Shown piece after piece: positions 36,951 through 48,055 of a stretch of DNA of 64,000 nucleotides. Source of the stretch: Apostichopus japonicus (taxonomy: Eukaryota). The position numbers and the translations under genes are program-made. The stretch covers positions 23,338,063 through 23,402,062 of the forward strand of contig NC_092565.1 of NCBI RefSeq assembly GCF_037975245.1, written 5' to 3'. How positions within the stretch are numbered: position 1 is the stretch's first letter; each line of letters starts with the position of its first letter. The notes below the pieces were generated by a model that saw nothing but the letters and a program-made list of their open reading frames with translations, did no database searches and was not told the origin of the DNA.

Positions 36951-39335
36951 AGAAAACATTTCATCATCATTAATCAGTTTTGTTTCCCATCATCATTATC
37001 ACAACTAATTATATGACTCTCTTTCAGATATTATTACCACAATATTTCCTTTTGCTAAGCTATTAACGGAATGAAATTGCACGATCTTACTAATATATTG
37101 GTAGGTACCACTAAGTTAGTTGAAACATCTATTTGTGGTCATTGGTATTGATCACCCGAATAGGTTTCAGGATTCAAGCTGGAGAAGCACAAACATTCAG
37201 GGGAGAAGTGGGATATATCGGAAGGGAAAATCACACAAAGAAGTTTATTTGCTTTCTTTTATTAATTTTTGTTACTTTTGTATAATTAGTTTTTCAACAA
37301 AGAGGTACTTTTTAAATAACAAAAGGACACATCTTAATTATAAAAAGGAGAAAAAGGTTACATTGTAATTATCCAAAGGAGCACTCTTGACCTTTTTTTC
37401 AAAAGACTGGGAGGGTACATGCCCCTATTCACACCTAGAGTGCCCCCCCCCCCCATGTTAGATATATACCTATATATATATATATAGGTTGGTTACGTTT
37501 GCTGTATGGTTACAGTACATCGTTCATTCATGATTTAAAATGCTTTGTTAACTTGGATGGCCCTTCATGGGGTAACACCTTAATATTTTTGTGATCTCAT
37601 CTCCCCTTACAAGCCAACTCGTTCTCTCCGCTCTCAGCATGCTAATCTCCTTATTGAGCCTCGCTTCAAGTTCAATGGATACGGTGGTCGTGCATTTTCT
37701 AGAATTGTCCCTCGTTTATGGAATTCCATGCCACATGTACTCAGACATTGCCACTCACTGAACTGTTTTAAGAAACAGCTCTAATGAAACCTTTCTCCTT
37801 CAAGTCGCTTTTGAAGTGTTCCACGATATCAGCGCTTTATAAATACTGATTGATGATGATTTCGATAAGGTCATGTCGTGTGGTTCTTCACTACAGTGTA
37901 CAACATTGTACAGATAGTTTATCATCTTGCATATTAACCGTCATTAACTTTGAATTTCTTGGTTTGGTGAAGTTTAATATCACCTGTCGCCTGTTATGAT
38001 TTGTTTTTTCTTTTGCTGTGAGCCTATTCCTAACAGGTGCAAATTGCTTAAAAGTCATTCACTTAAAATAATTTTGACTTCTAAGTCTTCTTTCTCTGCA
38101 ATAGGAAAGAATTTTTCATTTTCAGCATACCATGTTTTTGTTTTATCGTTCAGGTTAAGTTAACACAGTTTGGGTGGAGATTAGCTTTAATATTATATAA
38201 AGTCAAGGTTTAGAAACATTTATAAATTAACTTGGACTTGACACCCCCCACCCCCCCCCCCCTTAAAAAGAAATAGCCAGTAGGGATTTGCACCTACTAA
38301 CAGTTGAATAGCTAAATTTAGGCTGAGTGCAAGGTTTGTAGTATAAACCCTGGATCTGCTAAGAATCCTCTTCTAGGTGCTTCTATAAATGCAACCGTTC
38401 TAATTTCTGCATTGGAATAGCAGTTGCAGAATTAGCCTGTAGTAACATTGTTGTAGGCAAACAGCTCTATACTTCAGTGGAAGTAGTTCCCCTGCCACTG
38501 GTGTATATAATGTATGAAGCCATTTTAAGTTTTTCATTAACAGTTCACATCTTTACATGGCGTTACTTTAAAGATACAGTTTGTTTTTGCTGGGAGATGT
38601 AGTTAGTCTGTTAGAGTTAGATCATGTTCAAAAAATTCATTTAGGTGGCTGCATGACTAGTATTAAGCTTTTAGTTAGCTTAGAAGATGTTAGGAAGCAA
38701 TTTGGTCTCTTCAAATTCATTGCCTGTAAGCTAAGATGAGGACCAGTTTGTATCAAACTGCCTGTCTTTTGTTAGCACTGAAAGAATACGTCTGGAGGCC
38801 CCAATAAGATGAAAGGTCCTTAACCTTGGGGGTAGTGATGGGGGTGTTTCAAAATGTGTTTGTATGGCCTACTCTTGGATGAGATGTGCTTGAACAAATA
38901 TAAACAACGTCAGTGTAAATTTATGGACTTCTAAAGCTCCTACTTGAACGGCTGAGAGGCCATGGTCTGCCCATACACCAGTCACAACATTAGCTTTCCC
39001 TCTTGTGTTAGAAAATATCCCCAACGACCATATAACAAGTAAATAGTGTTACAGTGAAAGATCATTTTGTGAAGACAGTATTGTGATCCCCTTGGTGTAT
39101 GTCTAGCCTAAAATTGAATCTCTATCAGATAATTCAACCAATGCATTGGAATTTACAGTTGCTAGGGCCATCTTTCTCTTTCAAAGCCATGAACCAAGTA
39201 TAAATCAATGGGCTTAACAATCATATAAACAGTTACCAAGTATTGGGCTATGTTTTAGAATGATGCATTTAATTTTGGACTTTCCATGGTTAAAAATAAT
39301 CACACCAAATCAACCTTGTTTTGTCTTCCTTACAG

Positions 39336-39453
39336 GTACTTTCCGATACTAGTGTTGCGACGATATGCAAGAAATGCATCGCTCCTAAGCCACCAAGAAC
39401 TCACCACTGTAGCTTGTGCAATAAATGTGTCCTGAAAATGGATCACCATTGTC
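39336..39453 (+). CDS. ZDHHC16: ZDHHC16-like exon 3 ([39 protein letters not shown])
   Basis: The acceptor is ttccttacag|GTA and the donor is TGTC|GTATCC (phase 1). It is the DHHC cysteine-rich domain and is near-identical to human [34 protein letters not shown]. Confidence 0.9.
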
Positions 39454-39544
39454 GTATCCTTTTAGTTTATATACCATCTGTTGAATAGACAGTGGCTCTT
39501 TGTGAGGTTTTCATTATTGTGAATGTGTTGGCCTACAGTGAACA

Positions 39545-40110
39545 CTCCAAAGCCTACCACCCCCAAAGCCTACCACCCCCAAAGCCTACCACTCCCAAAG
39601 CCTACAACCCCCAAAGCCTACCACCCCCAAAGCCTACCACCCCCAAAGCCTACCACCCCCAAAACCTACCACCCCCAAAGCCTACCACCCCCAAAGCCTA
39701 CCACCCCAAACCTACCACCCCCAAAGCCTACGACCCCCAAAGCCTACCACCCCCAAAGCCTACCACCCCCAAAGCCTACCACCCCCAAAGCCTACCACTC
39801 CCAAAGCCTACAACCCCCAAAGCCTACCACCCCCAAAGCCTACCACCCCCAAAGCCTACCACCCCCAAAACCTACCACCCCCAAAGCCTACCACCCCCAA
39901 AGCCTACCACCCCAAACCTACCACCCCCAAAGCCTACGACCCCCAAAGCCTACCACCCCCAAAGCCTACCACCCCCAAAGCCTACCACCCTCAAAGCCTA
40001 CCACCCCCAAACCCTACCACTCTCAAAGCCTACCACCCCCAAAGCCTACCACCCCCAAAGCCTACCACACCCAAAGCCTACCACTCCCAAACCTACCACC
40101 TCAGTGTTTT
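39545..40110. repeat. 16-bp minisatellite (ccaaagcctaccaccc)n, about 35 units, in ZDHHC16 intron 3
   Basis: It is directly visible. The period is not a multiple of 3, so the three frames give the same 16-aa Pro-rich period (PKPTTPKAYHPQSLPP). This explains ORFs 39492-40121 and 39523-40173. Confidence 0.9.
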
Positions 40111-40649
40111 CATCTAGATGATGTTGTTCATCCAATCCCAATTCTCTGGATTATTTCTTCTCTGCTAAGATAAGGTATTGTTATTGGTCAATTGATCTGA
40201 TTACTTTAGCCTGTCATGTTATACAATGAAAGTTAGGCCAGCCATACTATAGAAACATCTGTAGAAACAGTAGTAATAGTATGTTAGAGATAACTCTATA
40301 CTTTGTGCTAATGTATTTGTAATTGCAGGGTTTTCTTTTGTCTGGATATTCCATGGCTGACTTTTTCTAACTTACAAGAGTATTCAGGTGGATTCACATA
40401 CAGTATTTAATAGAAATTTGCGGATATTTAGGTAGTTTCCGACAAAGTTGTAATAATTAGCGGGCAAAAACTTTCTTGACAATGATTGACTATTTTACTC
40501 TGACTTATGGAATATATGGTGCATGTGTGCTAGAGTGAGCCATTTATATTTAAAATCTGGTAATATTTCCACAAAGTTACCAGGCACTATTCAAAATCAT
40601 ATTTTCCTACTAAACAGAAGGGGAACCACGACTGAGACCACACCCGTAG

Positions 40650-41155
40650 GCTCTATGTATTGCTTTGTGGAGATATAACCTATCTAACACCCGTAGGCTC
40701 TATGTATTGCTTTGTGGAGATATTACCTATCTAACACCCGTAGGCTCAATGTATTGCTTTGTGGAGATACAACCTAACACCCGTAGGCTCTATGTATTGC
40801 TTTGTGGAGATATTACCTATCTAACACCCGTAGGCTCAATGTATTGCTTTGTGGAGATATTACCTATCTTACACCTGTAGGCTGTATCTATTGCTTTGTT
40901 GAGATATTACCTATCTAACACCCGTAGGCTCTTTGTATTGCTTTGTGGAGATATTACCTATCTAACACCTGTAGTCTCTTTGTATTGCTTTGTGGAGATA
41001 TTACCTATCTAACACCTGTAGGCTCTATGTATTGCTTTGTGGAGATATTACCTATCTAACACCCGTAGGCTCTATGTATTGCTTTGTGGAGATATTACCT
41101 ATCTAACACCCGTAGGCTTTATGTATTGCTTTGTGGAGATATTACCTATCGAACA
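40650..41155. repeat. 47-bp minisatellite (tatctaacacccgtaggctctatgtattgctttgtggagatattacc)n, about 11 units, in ZDHHC16 intron 3
   Basis: It is directly visible and explains ORFs 40665-40880 and 41084-41326. Confidence 0.9.
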
Positions 41156-41440
41156 CAACCAGCTCTGTTAATAAAGGTTTTGTTGCTTTCACCTGATAAA
41201 CAACAATCACAGAATATTTGGGGCACAATCGCATCCACACATGTGTGTGATTTCCAGACTCTTGTGATGCTAGCACTGTTACCGTTTGCACTTTCTAAAG
41301 TATATTTGTTATATGAACTAAGTTGAGTATCTTAGACACCCATCTGAAGGATATTCTAGGTATTTCTATGTTTTTTCTACATCAAACTATTCTGGGTTCT
41401 AATCTCATTTGAATTATCTCCTTAATCCTACTTCTTACAG

Positions 41441-41574
41441 CCTGGCTGAACAACTGTGTCGGTCATTTCAACCACCGTTACTTCATATCTTTCTGTATAT
41501 ATATGACTCTTGGTACAGCGTACATTAGCATTTTTATCTGGCCTCTTTTTGCCCGAGAATTTTTTGATGCCAAG
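41441..41574 (+). CDS. ZDHHC16: ZDHHC16-like exon 4 (PWLNNCVGHFNHRYFISFCIYMTLGTAYISIFIWPLFAREFFDAK)
   Basis: The acceptor is cttcttacag|CC and the donor is AAG|GTAGGT. It continues the DHHC domain and matches human PWLNNCVGHYNHRYFFSFCFFMTLGCVYCSYGSWDLFREAY. Confidence 0.9.
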
Positions 41575-42866
41575 GTAGGTTGTTCAATTTAGAAACATGT
41601 ATCTACTGTCTTTCAATGTTCTGGTTAAAATGAATTATTTAGTTACTAATTCTATAAACTTTCTTACTTCAGAAACAACAAGTGCACACAGTGTATTGTA
41701 TCATTGAAAAGAACCTGTAACAAATGTAATTATACTAATAATAATAATTTTTTTTTTAAATTTCCAATTTCCCCAAAGGGTAACATATTTCGCATACCCC
41801 TTTCAAAGAACATTATCTTTCTATAGATGTCTGCATACATTTGATATCATTTCCAATAACTAGTGAAATTTGTCACTTAAGCTCACATTGTGTTTCTCTT
41901 GTATGTCTTAACATAAGATTCAGCTTATAATACAAATTGACAGTTGAATTTTGCTATGTATCATAAACTGAGAGTGACTGTGTAACAATACAGTCATGTA
42001 CTCACACCCGTACCACACTTCACATATCAACACGCAAAATATCTTGCATAGCAGTTTCAGAATGTTATAGCTTGAAATAGATGCAGGCATATAATTGATA
42101 TCACTTTCATGCCATCGACTTGGGAAATCTTCCTCAAGTAAACTCATATGAGGTTAGTCTTGTTCAAATGTTGTTGTGCAATATTTCGATTACAATACAA
42201 AGTGTAATACATTAGTGTTATAAGAATACTTGTATCAACAACCATCTCTGATCTGCATCGATAGTCGAATGGTGCAATAATTGGATAACACATGCATAGG
42301 CGTAGGCGGCTGGGGGGGGGGGGGCTGCAGCCCCCCCCAACCAAAAAATTTTGGGAAAATTCGGGCAATATGCTGAGAATTTTTCGGGCACTTACTCAAA
42401 GAAAAATAATTTGCAATGTGTTTTTCAATGGTTAAACTGATATTATTATGAACATTTTTATTGTACAACTTCCCCAATAATTATAACCAATAGGGATGGG
42501 TAATAACACGGACAATGATTGTATGTTATTGGCATGTGATGTAGTAACCGATTAATGCCTATATGATATGCACATTAACATGTTGGACCCGCACGGAGTG
42601 CGCGAAAATTTTGGGTATATTTTTCGGGCAAGCCGTTACAGCCACCCCAAATCAAATTGGGCTCCTACGCCTATGAACACATGTGATCTTAGCTCACCAT
42701 AAGCAGTAAAAACTCACCACGGAAGAAGGTATCCTTACTACTTAGAAGAATTTTTCATATTGTTATTAATTATTACAACCACTCAGACAAATTAATTGCA
42801 AACCTTCCCTCCCAACTGTTTTCTAAACATTTATTGATCTCTCGTTTTGTTCCTTTGGTTTTGCAG

Positions 42867-42941
42867 AAAACATTCAAAAGCCTTCTTCAAGGGTCGCTGC
42901 TGTTTTATTTCTTGAAATATAACGTCAAAGAACCTGAGTTG
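42867..42941 (+). CDS. ZDHHC16: ZDHHC16-like exon 5 (KTFKSLLQGSLLFYFLKYNVKEPEL), 25 codons, possibly lineage-specific or alternative
   Basis: There is a strong polypyrimidine acceptor ttggttttgcag|AAA and a donor TTG|GTGAGT. Both ends are in phase 0, so the frame is kept between exons 4 and 6. There is no clear counterpart in human ZDHHC16 (TYHQTPPPTFSFRERMTHK region), so the call rests on splice signals and phase only. Confidence 0.5.
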
Positions 42942-43940
42942 GTGAGTTCTCGTTAATATCAAGATTCTATAAAGCAGCTATCTGCTGCTGGCTTAATGAA
43001 CATTTTACCAATCCTACCAAGTTTGCTCCAAGATTACCATTAATGAATTGATTGGTACCTAGCATGTATGTTAAACGGTTATTTTCGATTCCAAACCATT
43101 CATTGTAGATACTGTTGCATGCCATGCAGCAGTTTTAATCACATACAAATGCAAAAGCACTAATCTTAATTTGTTTTAGCGTGTTCTTCCTTTGTGGAAA
43201 TGAAACATGGCTAGTCCAGCTAGTGACCTGAGCTTACGTGGTCATGGCATTTTAGTATCAAATGAGGTCAAATTGACCAAAATCAATGCTAAAAGCTGTC
43301 TTACAGCTATGAGGAGTGGGTCCCTGTCTTCACACAGCCTACTGAGACATTCTATGATGCAAATAGGAGCAATCATCTAGGGTTCAAAAAATACCCAGAA
43401 AGGTTGTTCAGGCTGCAATCCCTTTTTCTGTATAAAGACGTGATTTTGTATAGGTTTGATTTTAATATGGCTATCAGTATCAAGATATGAGAGTTGATAA
43501 GTTTGACAAAGTAAAACGTCTGACTATCCATATTTATGGAGACACTCTGATACATATAATGTAACACAGCATTCTGTCAACTCTATACTACAAGAATCTT
43601 TCTAACACAATGATTGCAACATATTGTGATTTCATTATGAAAGAGTAAAACAATGGTCACTGGATCAAAATAAATAATGTGTACAATAATATGGTTTTAT
43701 TAATTAAAAATAAAACATTTTAGAAAGGTGACTCTGTTTTTTTCAAAATTTTGTAACTTTCATTACAGATTTTCTTGTCAGTGTTCAGGATATAAAGCAG
43801 AATTTATCAGTTTCCATTGAATTAAACTAGATTAATTCCTTGCTCAAGCATCTTTACATTCAGTATAAATACAAATAAAATGAATCATTTGAATCAATTT
43901 GGCCTGATTCTCTCACATAATAGCAAATTTGTATTTTCAG

Positions 43941-44162
43941 GAAGAGAATGTCCCAAGCGGTCACACCCACACCGGTTCATGGACAGACTACGACAGCGTC
44001 CAACACAAAGCCGTCACGTTCCTGTTCTTCCTAACGTTCAGTGTTGTATTGGCTCTAGGAATGTTGACCATGTGGCATGCACGACTGATTAGTAAAGGAG
44101 AGACGAGTATAGAGAAGAATATAAATAACAAAGAGAGAAGACGACTAAAACAGTTAAATGTG
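43941..44162 (+). CDS. ZDHHC16: ZDHHC16-like exon 6 (EENVPSGHTHTGSWTDYDSVQHKAVTFLFFLTFSVVLALGMLTMWHARLISKGETSIEKNINNKERRRLKQLNV)
   Basis: The acceptor is tattttcag|GAA and the donor is GTG|GTGAGT. It matches human …LVYLWFLCSSVALALGALTVWHAVLISRGETSIERHINKKERRRLQAKGRV. Confidence 0.85.
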
Positions 44163-45205
44163 GTGAGTCAATGCTAGACTTTTCAGAATATGGAATTTAA
44201 AATTCTAATATTTTGTTATTATGGATTTTCTTTGTTTCACATATATTTGTAAGCACTTTATTAATACACTACCTGATCAAGTTCTCAAGATAGAGCAAGT
44301 GATCAACAAAAACGAATCACAAGTAATCAACAAAAACGAATCACTAAAATAAATTTTAAATTTTATAAGGTAATTAATTAGTGAAGTAAATGTTGCAATA
44401 AAATTTTCAGAAATGGAATTTTTGATATTTGATGAATGGTTTCTTGACCATCACCAGATAAAAGCTTGGATTTTGTCTGAGTTCAAGCGTCTGTTATCAT
44501 ATTTTAATCAAAGACAGGTATGGACAGCCTGTTAGCAAAGAAATGCGACTTAAAAAGTGTAAGGAATCTTCAACAGTTGGGTATTAACATTTAATGCAGT
44601 ATAATAAGGATTTTGTAGAGGACGAGGCAAGCTATCTCTAATTAGGGCAGACAGTTAAATAATGACTTTAGGTGCAAAATTGATATTGATATGTTGTAAG
44701 TATTGAGAAATCACTCTTTCAACAGATGAGGTTCATCCATTAAAGTGACTGGATGATGCAGTCTAGTACACAGATCATTAGGGACAGTTCCTCAGATGCA
44801 ACACAAACTGCAATGGCAAAACGAGATACTTTGATGGCCTCAAATGACATGTTTACAAATGGCGTCAACGTCATAATCAACTTAGCCTCAAAGTTCTCAT
44901 CATTCCAGAGATTTATCAAACTTTAAAGATGAATATTTTGAAAATGGGAATAGCTAGTTTGAAACATTGATGGCACTCAAATTTATTTATCTTCTTTTGT
45001 GGACTATGACATATCAATACTAAATTGCTATATTCCTTTCACCTGAGATGACTAATAATCTTGCCAGCAAAACCTAGGTTGCAACTGTTTGACCTACACC
45101 AATGTCATTCAGTTTCATGACAAAGAATTGCATATTATGATCAGTTTCATTGGTGGAAATTGATTTGCAATGTCAAGAGTTCTTTCCTTTATTCTTATTT
45201 TACAG

Positions 45206-45276
45206 GAATATAAAAACCCTTATGATTTTGGTTTTAGGCAGAATTGGAGGGACTTACTTGGATTGTCAGAAAAACG
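45206..45276 (+). CDS. ZDHHC16: ZDHHC16-like exon 7 (EYKNPYDFGFRQNWRDLLGLSEKR-)
   Basis: The acceptor is ttattttacag|GAA and the donor is ACG|GTAAGT (phase 2). It matches human FRNPYNYGCLDNWKVFLGVDTGR. Confidence 0.75.
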
Positions 45277-46514
45277 GTAAGTCACATCTATAGTAATAAT
45301 GATAATGATCGTTATCGTCGTAGTTGTTGTCATCAATCATAGTAATACTAATGATCATTTTAAATAGTCCAGCACCTTGCCAGTATAAAGCATCAGATAT
45401 TTATCATTGCTTGAGTAATGACTTGTCTAAAGAAATCAAAAGTTGTGTCAGTTTTAGAGAGATATAAGAAATTTCCAAAAAGTGCTTTTGATACATTCGT
45501 TTTTAAGTTGTTGTGCAGTCTTAATTTGAAAACATAAAGGTTCAGTTTATTTCAATGTAGTTATTTACTCTATAAAATATATGTAAATACCTAGTCATTA
45601 GTAGGCTCGTATAATGTGACAAAATCAAATCGACAGTTTTTAAAAATTTCATTGAATGGAAGCGATCAAGAAGTGAAAAAGTAGAAAAGTGAAAACTCTG
45701 CACTTAGTTTGTAAGGTATGCCTCGGCAGTCGATATTTTAGAACATTTTGAAGGTTTTCATCTTGTTTTTTCATGGTGTAAATGTGATTTAAGACTTTGG
45801 ATGAGTATTTATCTTTAGATATGAATACTCTAAAGACAGCATTATCAGACATTTATGTGTTATTGAAGGGATTCCAGGAATGTTTGCAGAATTCACTCTT
45901 CGCCCTTGTTTCTGCAATGGGTGGGACACTCTGTCCATTCTGGTTTAATATTGATACATTATGAAGAAAAGAAACAAATTCATCAACTTTTCCTTGGTAA
46001 AGTACTAGATCTTCAAAGATGAATACTTTATGAGCTGATTTAATTGTAAACCCAACAAGTTTAAAATTCAAAATAAACAAAAACTATTAGCAAACTGCAT
46101 ATCCACTAGAGAGCCTGTGTAAGAGAATGCGTAAAAGTAAGTGGGCCTGACGATTCAATCCTAGCAGGATGATCTTCTTCAGAGGCTGAGTGACAACTTG
46201 TCATTCAGTCTATGAAGAAGATCCTGCTAGGATCGAAACGTCAGGCCCACTTAATTTTACACAAGGTTTAATTTCTTGAGATTTCTGTATTTGAATAATT
46301 CCATGTTTCAAATGCTACGTCCTAGACTCATGACCCAACTGAATGAACTTATGTACAAATGGTTTGGCTATTTTAACCTCCAATAAATTTCAAAAAGTAA
46401 GAATATCATATCGGAAGAGTCAGAAATGCAGTTTGCCGAAGGAGAGTTTGTTCCTGTTGTTAAGGAAATTCACGTCAAAATTGAATGGGTTTTTGATTTC
46501 GTCAATATTTGTAG

Positions 46515-46638
46515 GACCTTCTGGAGACATATACTTTTTCCTTCATCTCATCCGCCGAACGGAGACGGCATTCACTGGAAAAGAATCCCAACCCCAGGAT
46601 TTGTCACCAAAAATGGAAATTCTTTCCACTCCTGTTGA
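46515..46638 (+). CDS. ZDHHC16: ZDHHC16-like terminal exon (-TFWRHILFPSSHPPNGDGIHWKRIPTPGFVTKNGNSFHSC*)
   Basis: The acceptor is atatttgtag|G, which completes the Arg codon. A TGA stop is at 46636-46638. It matches human HWLTRVLLPSSHLPHGNGMSWEPPPW. The last roughly 65 nt plus the stop are tandemly duplicated immediately downstream (46690-46756). Confidence 0.75.
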
Positions 46639-46760
46639 CGAACAGGTTGTGGGGTTCCATCATCTCATGTGCCAAATGAAGACTGAACTCACTGGAAAAA
46701 GAATCCCAATGCCAGGATTCGTCACAAAGAATGGGAATGCTTTCCACTCCTGTTGACGTA
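46575..46760. repeat. About 115-bp tandem duplication covering the last codons and stop of ZDHHC16
   Basis: cactggaaaagaatcccaaccccaggatttgtcaccaaaaatggaaattctttccactcctgttgacgaacaggttgtg is repeated at 46684-46760 with about 88% identity. ORF 46343-46756 reads the second copy. Confidence 0.7.
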
Positions 46761-48055
46761 CAGGTTGTGTGTGTGAGTTTGAATCAAACCATATGCAGCC
46801 CAAGCATAAGGCAACATTCAGGAGTTGAGTCATAGTGAAGCAGTAACATGGCAGTTTGTAATATGCAGTATTCATTAGATCTAGCATACTTAACAGAAGT
46901 AAGGTCTGTGCATTTCATCTCAAATGGTGTCATTTGTCTGAATACCGAGGAAATGAAATACAGATTAAAATAGCAAGTTAAGGGAAGCGAATATCCCGAT
47001 GTAGTTTGATATCGGGTTGTATAGGATGAGCAGAGATGTGATACCTTGTTATGTGCTATGACAGTATCTGAAGGATCCTGACTGCCCACCCTGGTGATGA
47101 GATGCAGATGCCTAACAACTAACAATTTGATAGCTCAGTTCTGTACAGTCCCATCACATCTCTGCTGATCCTATACAACCTAATTATCAAAGTAGATTAT
47201 GTACAGGAATCCTCTCAAAGGTCACACCGAGCTTTTGGCTACGAGAGGTGGACTGTTTTTATTTTGATGCTTGGAGTTGGATCCAACACCTAGTGAACCA
47301 TTTAGTATTCGGTTTGCTCCACGAGTATGAAATTCCGTCGAGATGGCACAGATAAACTATGCAGCAAGATTGAACCAAAGTATTTGATGACCCTGAATTT
47401 ATTAATCAATTTTATTAAATTAAATAATCAATGATGACAAGAATGGATCGAGAGACTAGAATGGGGTGGTTGTTCTTTATCAGAGAAGAATTTTTTTTAT
47501 AATTGAACTGAATCCATCTGCAAGCAGTACTTTGAACCATTTTAAATGTTATTTCTATATTTCTCAATCATGATGCACACAGTTTAATCACTTCATTCTG
47601 TGCAATTTTTTTGTACCCAGAGTCATTTCAAAATATTTTGCTAATTCCCTCTGTTGGAAGAATACTTGAAACTTCTTCAGGATTATGATATATGAGGATG
47701 GGTGGGGGGGGGGTGGGGAAGTTAGGGGATTAATGCCAATCAGGATGCTTAAGTTTTTCGTGATTTACAGTGAAATAAGTGTCAAAGTAAGAATGTAGAA
47801 TTGCAAATTATGTTGCTTGGATGTTTTCTTAATGTGAAAGAAACAGCAGGACAGCAGCGACCAATAAAAAGTTGGCCTTAAACGGCAAATAAATTTACTT
47901 TGAGTTCCTTGTCGCACAAAGTGAAAACATTCCATTTATTATAAAGCAGTTACTTTATTAATAATTTTGTTGTACAGTTCTTAACGATGTTCCTCCATTT
48001 TCTGCCACACACATTCAAACCAATGTCGAAATGTTCTCTCTAAATTCTATGCAGT

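Noticed and set aside
39492-40173. Two overlapping 209/216-aa ORFs encoding a PKPTTPKAYHPQSLPP repeat 'protein'
   Set aside because: They are produced by a 16-bp minisatellite read in all three frames. They lie inside a well-supported intron of the ZDHHC16-like gene and have no ATG context.
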